From: Vicugna vicugna
Taxonomy: Eukaryota
Assembly: GCA_013265495.1 (NCBI GenBank)
Contig: MU058384.1
Coordinates: forward strand, 4,956,792-5,020,791
Reading direction: 5' to 3'
DNA: 64,000 nt
Both the position numbers and the translations under genes were made by a program. The notes beneath the pieces were generated by a model, which saw only the letters and a program-made list of their open reading frames with translations, was not told the DNA's origin and made no database searches. Within the stretch, counting starts at the first letter, position 1; every line of letters starts with the position of its first letter. Shown here piece after piece: positions 36,380-49,906 of the stretch.

Positions 36380-37170
36380 CCAGTCTTCCATTTATGAAAC
36401 TTGGAGATTATCCATCCAGAAGTCTTGTTGGCTCTACCTTCAGAAAATATCCAGCGTATGACCACATCTCACCACTTCCACTGCTACCACTCTATGAGTT
36501 GCCATGTTCATCTCTTACCTATGAATTATTCTACTTTAACTGACTGCCTTCAGTCTACTTCCAAAATAGTAGCCAGATCCTTTTAAAAGATAAATCAGGC
36601 CATGTCACTCTTCTGCTCAAGACCTGAGGGTTTTCTATTTTAGAGTAAAAACCTAAGACCCTGTAATGATACATACATGATTCACCACCCCTTGGCCTCC
36701 TGTACCACTTTGTACCTTGTATCCTCCTATTCTTGCTCAGTCCACTTCAATCACTGTGACCTCATAGCTGGTCCTAGAACATGGTAGGCAACTCCCACTT
36801 CAGGGCCTGCTTTTCTCCTGTGTGGATGTTCTTCTTCTATCCACATGACTTGCCTCTTCTTTCTCTTTAGGTCTTCATTCAAATTTCCCTTTTCAGTGAG
36901 ACCATTCTGTGTACTCTATCTAATATTTCTACTCCCCATCCCCAAATTCCCAGTGCCCCTTTCTGAATTTTTCTCTCTAGCACTTAACCACTTTCTGATG
37001 TGCCATATTTTGGACTTCTATATGTCACTGTCTTTATCACTGTCTCTTCCTCCGTAGAACATAAGCTCAAGAAGGAAAGAGGCCTTGTTTCTTCTCAGCT
37101 GTATCCCCTTTGCCTAAAAACCTGCCTGGCAGATATTAAGCACACAGTAAATATTTCATGAATCAATGAG
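36380..37170 (+). mobile_element. L2 LINE 3' fragment (approximate bounds)
   Basis: tcttgttggctctaccttcagaaaatatccag...catgtcactcttctgctcaa, ending in the L2 tail gcctggcagata...aaatatttcatgaatcaatga. Confidence 0.7.
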
Positions 37171-37344
37171 GGAATTTTTAAAAGGGATATAATTACTTCA
37201 GCACAGCCTGGCAATAAACTCGACTTTCCTCCCCACATTTCCTGGATGGAGGGAAGAATTTTCGAATTCTGTCTAGAATACGTGGGCTGGATCTAGAATA
37301 ACCAAAACCATTCTCTTTTGTCCTATATCATCATGGCATCACCT

Positions 37345-37550
37345 TTGTTGTCATTATCATTTATTGATCATGTTTTCCTGTTCCAGGCACTAGATAACAG
37401 CTTGATATACATTATCCCATTTAATCTTTATAGCGACACTATAATTTAGGTATTGTCCTCCTTTTTGAGATGAGGGAACTAAGCATTAAAGGAATTTTCC
37501 CAATGTCACACAGATGGTAAGTGGCAAAGTCAAAAGATCTCAGACTGCTA
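37345..37550 (-). mobile_element. MIR SINE remnant (approximate bounds)
   Basis: ccaggcact...ccatttaatct...agatgagggaactaag...gtcacacagatggtaagtggc. Confidence 0.6.
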
Positions 37551-40500
37551 CCAACCCTAATTGGTCTAGATCAATATTAGCATACTTGATATATAATTAA
37601 AAATGGGACTTTTTACAAATGCTTTGGACTACATATTAACAGGCAAAGTAATGAGCCTAAATACAAAATAAAGCCACAACAACAATAGCAAAATTGCGTT
37701 CTTTTAAAAGCATACGCTCAGTTTGGTAAGTTGAATTATGCTAGGCACTGTTATATTTGAGAGATCATTTCTTTCAGGCAAGAGCTCATGTCGACTACTT
37801 TAGTGAAAAAGAGATAATAAACTTTATATTCTTCTTAAAAGCCAAAGATCAATTATACCTATGGTAAAGAACAGAAATTGAAGAAAATAAGACTGTAACT
37901 ATGTCATTTTGTCTTAAATATCCCGGTGAAATTTTCATGAGCTTTCCAAAGGAGGCAGTTTAGCTTCCCAGGATTAAGAAGATGGATTTAAGAAACTAGT
38001 TTTTAAAGTCTGTTTATAGGCTGTGAAGCCCATACATTTTGCTGTTCATTCAAGTAAAAGCACACGTTTAATTTTAAAAACTGGTGACAGGAAAGGATTT
38101 AACCATGATAATAGATGTTTAGAGTGATAATGTGGAGACACACTTTCTTCCTCTCAGAATAAGACATTTCAGTTCTTCCTCTTAATATCTCTACCTCTTA
38201 TTTGCTTATAGAGCAAAGGTTTGGGGGGCATGAGATTGAGAACGAATATTCTGAAGCCAGGGCCCTTCTAACGGCATAAACTGAAGTCAGAGATATTGAA
38301 CACAGTGCTTGAAGGGGCTGTTATTTCATCATGAGTTTTGTAACTTCATAGAAGACACTTGAGGAAAGTAGTATCTTATACTTAGACGTGTATGTTTTAT
38401 TTCTTCAACAGGATTTTGTAAGAGAGAGAACACTTTTGTAAAAGCATGCCACTAACTTGATGTTATACCAGAAAAATATGAGGTTCCTTGAAGTCACTGA
38501 AAATAACACTCCCACATAAACTTGTCACCTTACAGACACTACACTTCCTTTCATTTAAAAACTGCACAGCTTGTCTTCTAGGTGAATTACTACATGCTTC
38601 TTTCTTCTTTCTTCTTCAGCAGCTAATGGAAAAGAAGTAAGAGTAGATTAATAGTAGGAAATAGAAAGGATAAATTTAAATGCATGCAAGCACGCGCTTG
38701 TCAGAGACCTTCAGTGAGAAACTAAAGGAAGTGCTCTAGAATTATGTAAGAGAGCACGTGTGCCTCTTACGGTGATAAAGAAAAACCTATTACACAAACC
38801 AGACTATTGTTATTTATTAGCACGGAGTATTAGTTTTGTTGTTATGATGTGTGCAAACCATTGCTACTTTTCATATACCTCATTCAGTCAATGACTGTTC
38901 AACTGTTTCCCCATATTTTTACTGCTTACTGGAATTAACTTCAGAAGCAAGCATACGACATCTAAAGACCATGTAATGGGTAACTGATGCTTTGGAAATA
39001 TGCAGCTGACCTCTGGTCCACCTACCAGTCAGACCTTAAGATGCTAATGAAGTCAGTAGTTTCCTTCCCTTACCCTTCATTTCTTAGTGAAAGGTTCAGA
39101 AAAATGACAATTCCTTCTTGTTTTTGTTTTTTCTTCCCCAACACTCATTAGAGAGTTTGAACCTCTTACCTCTGTGATGGAGAAGAATATGTTCATAAAC
39201 AACTCTGGAAATTGTCCTTCCTTAATTGTAAGAGCAATATGATTACATCTGAAAATGTTTTCAGGTAGAGACTGTAAATCCAAATACTTTTGTGTCTATG
39301 TTTTCTTCACAGTTTTCCTCAAGTGTACTTATTGTTTACATATCTGTATTGGAAGGTTTGAACAATTATGTGCCCTACTTTCTGAATTTGTTCTAAAACA
39401 AGGATTGCTCTTATGTTCTTAACTGTCTTACTACCCTACTCTTTTCCCCACTTTTAACCACTGTTAATAATCTGATGCCTGGCTCAGAAAAACCCATTCC
39501 TCCTTCAGTGTCATGGGAATTAGTTCACCCTTTTCTATATCATGTCATGACTCTCTTGGACACTTATCCATTCATTGGCATCTATGCTAACTACTGGCAG
39601 TAAAGAATTAAATAGATCCAGATTCTTGAATTTGAGGGAACAGGTAGTCAGGGAGTTGATACTTATAATGAACTGTAATATATTATAATCGGTCTAATGA
39701 TAACAATATGTGTGAGAGATCACTGGGAAAAGAGACAAATGCAGGACTTCACAGTGGAGGGGATACTGAATTGGGACTGGTTTCCACCAGTCGATCAGAG
39801 AGGAACAAAAGAGCCTTTCCCAAAGAGGAACATGTATGAGAGAGTAGTATGGAAGTGAAAGTGCATGGCCCCATAGGGAAAAGGCAGGTAACAAAAATGA
39901 ATGACTAGGCTAAGAACAACGCAACAAAAAGGGATGGGGATTACGGACAGCTAGAGCCTGCATGCCACGTCTAAAGCAGAATGCCGTTACTTAGCTTCAA
40001 CTGGCTGCCAGCTGTGGGCCCAATGTGAGCAGATCTTCCATTTTTCACGAGAAGACAGAAGTCCCATGAAATGTCCAAACAAAAACCTTTTTAAACACTG
40101 TAAGACTCCAATAAAAATGTCTATAGGGTGGTTGGATCCACAGACCTCCAGCTGGCAATCTTGGCCAATAGCACACTCCAAAAACAGTTAGTTCTGGATC
40201 TAGAACAGGGAATATGTTCTAGGGGATGAAAGAGATGGTGGCGAGTGGTAAAAGATAAAGATGGAGAGGTAGGTTGGAGATAGTTTATACAAGACCTGTT
40301 CTTCCTTATCTTGGCAGTTTGGATTCATTCTAGACGTAATAGAGGCCCATAAAATAATTTTATGTAGAAAAATGCCATGCTAATTGGATTTATTATAACT
40401 TCCTGAGAATGTTCATGATAAATTATTTTTTTAAAAATTTAAAACAATTTCTGAATATAGATTTGCAGGATCTGTTCACAGAAGGTAGTGTGGACAGGAG

Positions 40501-43098
40501 TAGATCCAGCACTTGTTTGTAGTTCCAACTGGGATTAATCAAGTGCTCAGAAATTAAACAAACCACAGGACAACTCTGTTGCCATCACCACCACATGTGT
40601 TTGCAGATGCAATTGTGGAAAATTGGGTGCTTGGCTGGAATTTTCTTCACTGTTAAAGAGCGTTGTCAGCACCCTCTCATTCTGAACATTAGATAGGAAA
40701 TCAGTCCCGTGAAAAATAACTTGACAGGCACAGGTGGAATAAACAGGCAAACATTTACCTATTTGTATGCAGAGCTGGACCAGGCTAGGGCGATCTCACG
40801 CCAGAAGGATGTGGTTAAGCTGTAACCCACTGTTTACCTGCCCTCATGGCCATGACTACTGGCATTGCTGTAGCCATAGCTGTCTACCCTAAGCCGCCTC
40901 TGCCACTCCTCTCTCTCTGCTCACTGAGGCCTGGCAATGAACGGGCTAGAAAGTACAACAGCCGTATTTTTCATCAGAGCTCCTGGGGAAGGTCCATACG
41001 CTGTCGTTGCTGCGCACACATCTATCCTGTTGGCCTAAATGAAAGCTCAGCACTTCATTAGGCAAACTGAAGTGGGTCTCTGATGGTGTGTAGTCACGTG
41101 TATGGAGAAAACTGACTGTTCCTGTGGGTGAGTGTTCCTGGCATCCAGTTTTGGGTTGGGTTATAAGCACTGCGGGAAAGATGTGTTCCTTGCCCACCCC
41201 ACACCCCCACCCCCACTACAGCTTTAAGTAGGGTCTCTGGGTTTACATAGATCCAGTGTGAGTTTGGGGTCAAAAGTTGAAACTAATGACTAAAGTTGGG
41301 TTCTGAGCTCTTAGTCATGGTAGGTCCTGGAACTAGGACACAAGTGTCCTTAACAGTGAAAATGTAACCTCAAATCTCTATCAGGCCAGAGGTGATAAAG
41401 CAAGAAAAGTCATTTAAGAGTAGAACTCTGGATTGGGGGTGATGTGATCAGCTCCATTTAGAGGTCTTCGTCAAATCAATTTTTCTCTGTTTCTCAGTTG
41501 GTCCAGCTGCGAAACAGAAATCATGACTGTTCTTTCCTACTTGATGGAAGTGAATGTTCTCTGACTGTGTACTGAGATCTTCAAAAGAAAAGTTCTTGAA
41601 GGAGATTACTGTTTTTTAGTTAAAAATTACACTTGTATAAAAAAGAAAAGACAATTTCCTTACCCTCTATCTCAAATACTGCATGTTAGAAGACTTACCA
41701 TATAAAATGTAGCCTTTAACCAGACTCTTATCTTCATTAATTTCTAACAAGTGGCATCAGTTTTTTGCGTCTCTGGAATATAATACAAATGGCAAAAGTG
41801 AAAATGAAAACAATTTTAAGAATAAATGATGCAATAGAAAATTCCTGGCTCTTCGGGGCTTCTGTAAGGTGCATATTGACAGTCAGGGGAAAGACATACC
41901 AAGTTTCCTCACAGATGTTGTCCAAATAAAACCAAAATCTTCCATTCTCACTTTCACCGAAAGAGGGGAATAAAGACATCCATGATTAGGGGGAACTTTG
42001 GGACTCACTTCTATGGTTTGCCAACTTCCTTGTTCAAACTTTCGCTACTTTCATTATCAGTTTCAAAGGCTGTGTATTCTGGAATCACTTTTTGCTCATT
42101 TCCATTCCAAGTTTTTTTGTTTTGTTTTGCTTTGTTTCCTTGGTGATTCTTTTAACCTAATTTTTCATTATTCTAGGAAAGACTCTGAATTCTTATTTTC
42201 CCCATCACATTTTTAACTTCCTACTCACCCTCTACCTCAAGCTGATTTACAAGGAAAGTTTTGGTTCTTCCATTTAGCACACAACGCTGGCTCTTTGATC
42301 TTTCTGAGAGAGGTGAGCCATCTACTGTTGCCTTTTGGTATGACTTTTGAAACTAGAACATTCTAGTGGCAGAGCTCAGATGAGTTTATTAGAAAACAAT
42401 TACAAGCAGTCACATACATGTACAGATTAGGCCTATGAGCAAAAAGGATTCAGAAATACCGAACGTTTTTGCTGTTATCTTCATTATATGATGAACATTT
42501 TTTTCACTTGTGTGGTGTGGGAGGAGGAGGTAGGGAAGGCAGATGAAAGGGTTAGGAAGCATTTAAAAATCACCAAGACCCAGGCTCTATCCCCTAAGAA
42601 ATTCTGATTTAATTGGTCTGGGGTGGGTCCCAAGTATCAGTATTTTTTTCACAACTGCCCAGATTATTTGAATATGTCAGAGCTGTAAACTATGATTTTG
42701 CTACTTCTTATTTCTTGGATCTAGGGTTTTTTTGTTTTCTTTTTTTTTTTCCCAGTGAGCAAAGTGGCTGTGTGACAAAACTTCAGGCTTCTCCTTACAC
42801 AGCAGAAGCTCCCTCATGGAATATGCTTCTAAAAGTTTTCCAGAAAGAAACTCATGTATTGACATGGCCAAATCCTCACATCCCGTGAGTGGCCGGTCAG
42901 AGCTTTCAAGGGAAAATTTCCTTTTAAAATGTTTGTATTTTTCAACGATATGTGTAGAGTGACTGAGACAGAATTTTGTCCAAAACTCTTCTCCGTAGCT
43001 CACTGACTGTGCCAACTTGAGCTAGTTACTTCGCTTTTCTAACTCTAAGATGTGGATAGCAGTAGTAGGCGGATCACAGGGGGTCCTAAGAATTAAAT

Positions 43099-43370
43099 TA
43101 GGAAAGGTCAAAGGAGGAATAAATTAGGAGTATGGGATTAACAGATACACATTACTATATATAAAACAGATAAACAACAAGGACCCACTGTATAGCAAAG
43201 GGAACTATATTCAATTTCTTGTAATAACATATAATGGAAATAAAAAATACATATATATATACATGTATATATATATGCCTGTATATATATAACTGTATTA
43301 CTTTGCTGTACACCTGAAACTAACATTATAAGTCAACTACACTTCAGTAAAAAATTTAAAAAAATTTTTA
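43099..43370 (+). mobile_element. L1 3'UTR fragment inserted into a MIR
   Basis: L1 3'UTR text and A-rich tail. TSD aagaattaaat at 43088-43098 and 43371-43381. MIR halves lie on both sides. Confidence 0.85.
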
Positions 43371-44704
43371 AAGAATTAAATGAAGTAATAATGCATGCAC
43401 TGAGCCTAGTGCCCGGCACGCAGGAAGTTCTCAGTAAAAGTAGAAATTCTTGGTAAGGGGAATTGTACGACTGAGTAACACCTGTAGTGTGTGATGTGTA
43501 TTGTTCTCTAAAAGTATCTTTTAAATTTTTGTGTAAGCCTGGCTTTATACCCTAATGGAGTCTTTAAAGAAATTTATATTAAACTGCATATAGGCAACTG
43601 TTGATTTTTGATGCATAGCCAAGCAGTTTAACTAAATTTAACTATGATTTTACTGCCAAAATATGTTCCTACTACTATGACTAGGCTAGGGCACAGCTCA
43701 TATGGTTATAGAGGAATAAACTGAAGTCTACCATTCCTCTCAGAACTCTTAGCAAGATGCTAATGACAGTGTATAGGTATGCTCTACAGATCAAAAGATG
43801 CAAGCAAGGTTTTCATCTTTAAAAAAAAAATGCTTTACAACAATCTCAGATGAAGGTTTAAAAGTTAAAAAGTGCCTCTTACCCCAACCTCTTACCCTAG
43901 CATGTTAGTTTAAATTTCTTGTTACCTTTTTCCAGTTCCATTTGCATGTCTATACCCATATCACGTGTTCCTTGACTGAAGGGTCACTGTCTCACTTTTG
44001 CATTTGCTCTTTTCCCAGTAGGCTGCAGAGTTTAGTAATTAGAGGCATGGGTTCCAGTATCAGAGTCCTTACCTTCCTAGTCTCCACCAGCTGTATGACC
44101 TCGAGCACTTTAACTTCCTCTGTGCCTCAGAGAGTTGCTGTGAGGAGTTCGCATAGAGCTACTCCATAAATTTCAGCTATTATTGAACAGTTTTGCGGCA
44201 AACCCTTTCAACTTGCTACATGATTTAAATATTTTCATGATTTAAATGCCAATGTCATTTTTCACTTGTGAAACAACACTATTTTGAGGACTGGAAATTA
44301 CATATATCCTTAAACATTCCAATTTCTCTTTTTATTATTTTCCAGATTAAATTAATTTTAATCAGATATAGCCAAGTGTGTTGAACAGATATGTACAGAT
44401 AGAAAAGAGCAATAAATACATGGTTATTTGATGAAAGTTCTAGCAGGCAAGCACACAAGAAAGTGTTATGTAGCTCTAGATTACACAAAATGATTTCTAA
44501 ACCTCTGTGTGGTTCCTCAGATATGAAGAAGTTGCCATAGACTCGCACTCCAGTGAGTCTGATCTAGCTAGTGCTCCTTAGTCTGAAGCATCTCCAGGTA
44601 CGGTCCTGATGAGAAGAAAGATTAACTCTTTGTGCTCTATACTTTCTGCTGTCAGTGGAAGTGTCCAGCTTGTGATTTACTGGGATTAGGGGATGATCTG
44701 TGAA

Positions 44705-45130
44705 GTTCATTCAACAATTTGTCATTGCACACCTGTTACTTGCCAGGCCACGCAATGTGAACAAAAGCAGAAGCGGTCTGACCTCCTGGAGTTTACCACT
44801 GAGAAGGGGAGACAGATATTAATCAAATAATCAATTAAGTGAGTGTAAAGCCATACATCTTCTAAGCAGGAAAGGTGCATGGCACAATGACAGTCTAGAC
44901 TTAAGGTACTTGCTGGCCAGAGAGGTCAGAGAAAGCTTGCCTAAAGAAGTCACAATTGTGCTGAGAACAGATGGATGAATAGACATTGATTAGGCAAAAA
45001 GGAAGGAAAGTGCATTCTAGGCAGAAGGAACAGAAAGCACGGAAGTACTGAGGCAGGAGGAAACAGAGCAAGTAAAGAGAATTGAAAGAAGGCCAGGTGG
45101 CTGGTCCTGTGACAGAGCAGAGTGAATTGC
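44705..45130 (-). mobile_element. L2 LINE 3' fragment (approximate bounds)
   Basis: ttcattcaacaattt...tgccagg, then gcattctaggcagaaggaacag. Confidence 0.6.
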
Positions 45131-45150
45131 TGTCACATGGATGGAGCCAT

Positions 45151-45330
45151 CAGTGTGCTGGCACTGGTTTATACCAGTAAATAAGAGCTGATTTCACACA
45201 CCTCTTCCCAACTTCACCTTCAGTGACGTGAAGTTTGTAGCTTGAAATTGGCCAAGGAGGGTGTACCTACACTATAAAAATCTTCAACTCTTTTTTCCCC
45301 CCGGAAAACCGGGTTACTCACACACCACTG
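45151..45330. mobile_element. MER63-like hAT element
   Basis: Termini cagtgtgctgg / cacaccactg; internal ttcagtgacgtg...tagcttgaaattggcca. Confidence 0.55.
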
Positions 45331-47921
45331 GATAGAATAAAGTGGAGCTATGCCCAGATTCAGAATCCAACCATTTCAGATGGTTCTTAGTCTGAGAACT
45401 GAAGCAGCCAAGTGACATGTCTTAGAAAGTGAAAGAGATTGTGACTTTCAGTGATTATCACGCCTCACACAGCAAGAGCAGACTAATTAGTATGAAGCCT
45501 ATCCTCTGGCATTCCCTGGCTTTTTCCTGTCCTTTCCTTTTTTTATTTTTTATTTAATTTTTTTCCTTCTCTCTCTCTCTCTCTCTTTTTTTTTTTTTAA
45601 TGCCAAACACTGTGGAAAGCCTAGTAATCTCCCTGAGATTAGGAGGGATTCCCAGGATGGGTGCCCTCTTCCTTCTGGCCACCTCTCACCTTGACCTTCT
45701 GCTGAGTTCCCTGTTTGCTCTCTACCTCCTGCTGCCTCTGTCTGCTAGAGGTCATTGCTATACTGCATTACCTTCACAAAATCATCACTCATCACAAGGC
45801 TATCATCCATCTTCTTTCCTCGCCCAAAGCAGCACCAACACCAGATGCAGAAATCACCTTGAACTTCAGGATTAGACCTTCCTGTCCTAAAGCACCTGCT
45901 TTGAGTGGTCTCCTCCCAGGCCTCTCAAAGCCCTATTGTATCTTCTTCACCCCTCACTCCCCTAATCCCCCCACCTTGTTCTTGTAATATTATTTGGAAA
46001 ACTTTAATTTGCAATCTTTATTCCAGATTAGGCTATAATGTACATCTTTTCATATCCAGAAAGTTCATCATGTTTTTTACTAAACCAAGGAGCAGTCAGC
46101 CAGAGTCACCCTCAGAAGTCGGAAGAATTAACAATATGTGTGAAGTGATTTTTTTTTTTAACCTTTAAGCAGAGTTCATTTTTCCACCAGTCAAGGGTCT
46201 TGGGTTTTTATTCTTTATTTTACAGAAACATTAACTGTCCTTCACAATCGTAAATTTTTTGCAGCTGAAGAACCAGAAATACTGTTTCTTCTTTAAATCT
46301 TAGTAGGCCCAGTTCACTTGAGACTGCAATAAACAATCTTCCAGGATTATTGAGAGTTGATTTGATTTTTTTATTCAGACACCTTGGCATAATTAAATTG
46401 AAATTCTGCACTCCTCCTCTTCCTCCCTTGATCTGGAGCCCTGGACGCTGGCGTGTTGCTGCAGGTCCTCGTGGCCAACTCAGCCAGCTTGCCTGCTCCG
46501 AGGCACAGAGGGAAGGCTTAACCTCAGGGTCTGTGTCCTCCACCTCCTCACCTTCTTACTCTCCTAACACAGAATTCCTGGGTAGCCTTTTAAAGAAAAG
46601 ATTTTATGTGCTATTTCAGCCACAGAAGAAAACAATTACTACAGGAGAACAGAATGGAAACTGCATTATTATTGGGAAAATACCAGGCCAGGTAGAACTG
46701 AGCAAGGTTTGTCTCGTCTCCTGAGACTTCCTTTAAATTTCCCTTTCCGGTCTGTTCCCCACACTCATAGAATCTGCTCAGTTCATTCACACAAAGGTAT
46801 ACATGACTGATAAGACTCAATATATTATTGCTTCTAGAGCTGTTTGCATTTCATCAGAAGGAAAAATATTCAGCCTAAGGAAACCCATTGTTACAGGGTG
46901 GAGAACATTATTTTGCAAAAGGGCACCTTTGTGACACCTTCAGAATTATTTGTCCCAGTATAAGGGCTACTCTTTGAGACTAAATATGAGCAGAAATAGA
47001 AGACATGTTCTTTGGATGGGGAGGTCCTGTTACAATCAATTCAGCACAGATATATAAAGTCAGTCCTCTCTTTTTAGAATTAGATTGAAAGAGCCCCTCT
47101 CTCTTGAGGGAAATTTCTTGGAAAGATTAAGAGAAAGGAGTTAGTGGTTTCTATTCAGTCCTTTATAAATGCGTATTGCCCACCAACACTGGCCCCGGTG
47201 CTCATCTCAATAAACTATAGAACACGTCTAGAAAGAAAAGAAAACATTTAAAGCTTGTGTCAATCTTATTCTGAGAATAAGGAGTTCCCTGAGCTTTTAA
47301 CCCTTGTCCTTCAACAGATCTAATTCAAATGAGAAATATTATAAAAGCTGAAACGTCTTTTCAATGCCGGGTCCTTGCTCACACTGGTAACTTACATTTT
47401 AAGGCTTTGATAGCATATTGAGGCAAAGTCAAAAGAATGTCACGAGGTCATGACTGGGTTGGATTTGGCAATTTGATCTACTAATTCCAGAAATGAGGAC
47501 TAGAGATCTGTGCAGATGGAAATGAAGGCCAATTAGACATGATTAACATGCAGATTCAAAAATAAGATAGCGCAACATTTTACTCTGAGTCTTTGCCAGT
47601 ATAGTTTAATAAATTAAAATGAAATGCAGTCATGTTGCAACATCAGAAAATGAGGTTAGGCAATGTTATGCAAACATCTCAGGACCTGGTTAATGGATTC
47701 TGGCACTTTGGGAAGATGGATTCCTTAAAGCTGACTGGTGGGTTCTTTTGTGGTTTGATGGCTTTGTCCAATTCCTGAAGGAAAGGGCCTACACGACGAA
47801 TAGGAGTGAAGACAGTATTTTGAGTTCAGGCAAATAGGAAAACTGGAGATTCACATAAAGTTTTCAAGTTGCCCAAAGCTTTTAAAAATTACTGAAATTT
47901 AGGAGTATTTATTTCCCTTTA

Positions 47922-48064
47922 TTTATTTATTTATTTTTGTTTTATGAGGGGGAGGTAATTAGGTTTATTTATGTATGTATGTTTGGAGAAGGTACTGGGG
48001 ATTGAACCCAGGACCTCATGCATGCTAAGCATGCACTTTACCATTTGATCTATACCCTCTTCCC
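47922..48064 (-). mobile_element. Camelid-type tRNA-derived SINE (Vic-1-like)
   Basis: Reverse SINE body ggggattgaacccagg...ctataccctc. Exact 12-bp TSD tatttcccttta at 47910-47921 and 48065-48076. Confidence 0.9.
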
Positions 48065-49739
48065 TATTTCCCTTTAGTTTTACATAGGTCTCCAACCACA
48101 AGGTTTGTTTATAACTACACTACCTAGCTGCTACAGATGGAAAACTAGAGTTAAATAAGAATTATATTTTGTGGATACAGAGGGTAGGGGATTAGAAAAT
48201 AGATGTAAGGATCCTAATTCCTGGATTATTTTTTTAAGCACTGCCTTTGCTCCTCCTAAGGTTTTGTTTTCATAAAGCTTCAGGGTCTTATAGTGCAAAT
48301 TGCACCTTTGCTTAAGGGCAGCAAGATTTACTTAATGACTATCTGCAAATCATTTTAGAATCTTAAGGGAGGAATGTTATTAGAGCGGAGTGGGGTAGAG
48401 GGGAACCTTCCTCAGCTCATGCCCGCAGGCTTTGATCTCATCAGCCCTCATGATGAATTTCTGCCTTGCTTTTTACAGGGACTTTCTTCTAAAGAGAGCA
48501 AAGTTCAGTGCAGACATTATCTCATTCTTCCTAGTAACATTCATGTAAGCTTGGGTAGGTAGCTGTTATTACTACCTAACCCATTCTGCAGATGGAGAAA
48601 TAAAAAAGAAAGTTAAGTGACTTGCCCAGGGTCAAAGAGAAGCTGAACAAAAGCCAGAGGACTCCATTTGGGGTGTCCCAGTTGTCAGCCCAGAGCTTTC
48701 ATCTGTTGACTCTGGCATCACCAAGTAGCAGCAGGGAAACGAGCAGGTCATGCAGGGCTATGACGAGAGGGCAGTGAATAAGGATTCTGAGTTAGTTTGC
48801 CCCTTTCTACACTAACTGTGTGATGCCAGGTAAGTTATTGGTCTTCTTCTGCAATTAGTTCTTCTTCTCTAAGACAGGGCTATATTAAAAGTATATTCCC
48901 CACATGTCTACTGGATTAGACAGAATAATACATTTTCCAGTTATGGCACATGACGAAATAGTCCCACACGTTAATATCTTAGAGGGTAAAGTCTATACCC
49001 ATGAGGTTGAAATTCATAAATATAAATATGCAAGTTGATAAATTATTATCTAGATTCATTTCAAAATGTGCAAAATAGCCCATCATTATATTTACTATAA
49101 ATTTTATATGATTTTAATGCAGTATATTTGTGTACCTTTGATTCTTCTGTCCATTATTTCATGACTCTCACTCAGATAGTCTCACCCGTGCTCATAATAA
49201 AACAAATCCTACCAGTGACCGTGGGTCTGTCATTTTCTTTCTTTTGAAGCTTTTCTCCTCACCCCTTGATGTCTCCTGTAGAATCCGTGGGTACATCTTG
49301 TGGTACCCATGGGAAGTCATCTCCACCAGGGGCAGTCGCTGTGCTGGGTTCCCCGTGGAGCCTGAAAGACACTGCATTCTCTGGAATTTTCAAAGTACCA
49401 AGGCCAAGCTGTGTCCCGAGCAAGAATGGGGGGGCTCTGTCCACCTTGGCTGTTCCACCTTTCCCCATGGCTCCCCCTCCTGTGTCCTGATGTCACAAAG
49501 TTTTTAGGATAATATCTTCTAGAAGAATACAGCACCTGGGGTCTGAATCAGGGGAGAAAATTGAAGAACAATAACTGTTCTGTGCTTAGGACCCCTTCTC
49601 TGATCACTAAGCTTTTTTTTTTTTTTAAACTGGATCATAATAATTGTGCTTGTCTGAATCTGTCTCTCTCTCTCTCTTTTTTTTCCCCAAGGAAGGGTTT
49701 TCTCCCGAGAGGCACTTCACACTTTCATGTAAATGATTT

Positions 49740-49906
49740 TTTTCTTTTTTTAAAAATATTTTTACTTATTTACTTATGTTTGTGAGGGTAGGGGAGGTAA
49801 TTAGGTTTATTTTTATTTATTTATTTTTAATGGGAGTACTGAGGATTGAACCCAGGACCTTGTGCATACTAAGCACACACTCTACCACTGAGCTATACCC
49901 TCCCCC
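49740..49906 (-). mobile_element. Camelid-type tRNA-derived SINE (Vic-1-like)
   Basis: Reverse SINE body. Exact 10-bp TSD taaatgattt at 49730-49739 and 49907-49916. Confidence 0.9.
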
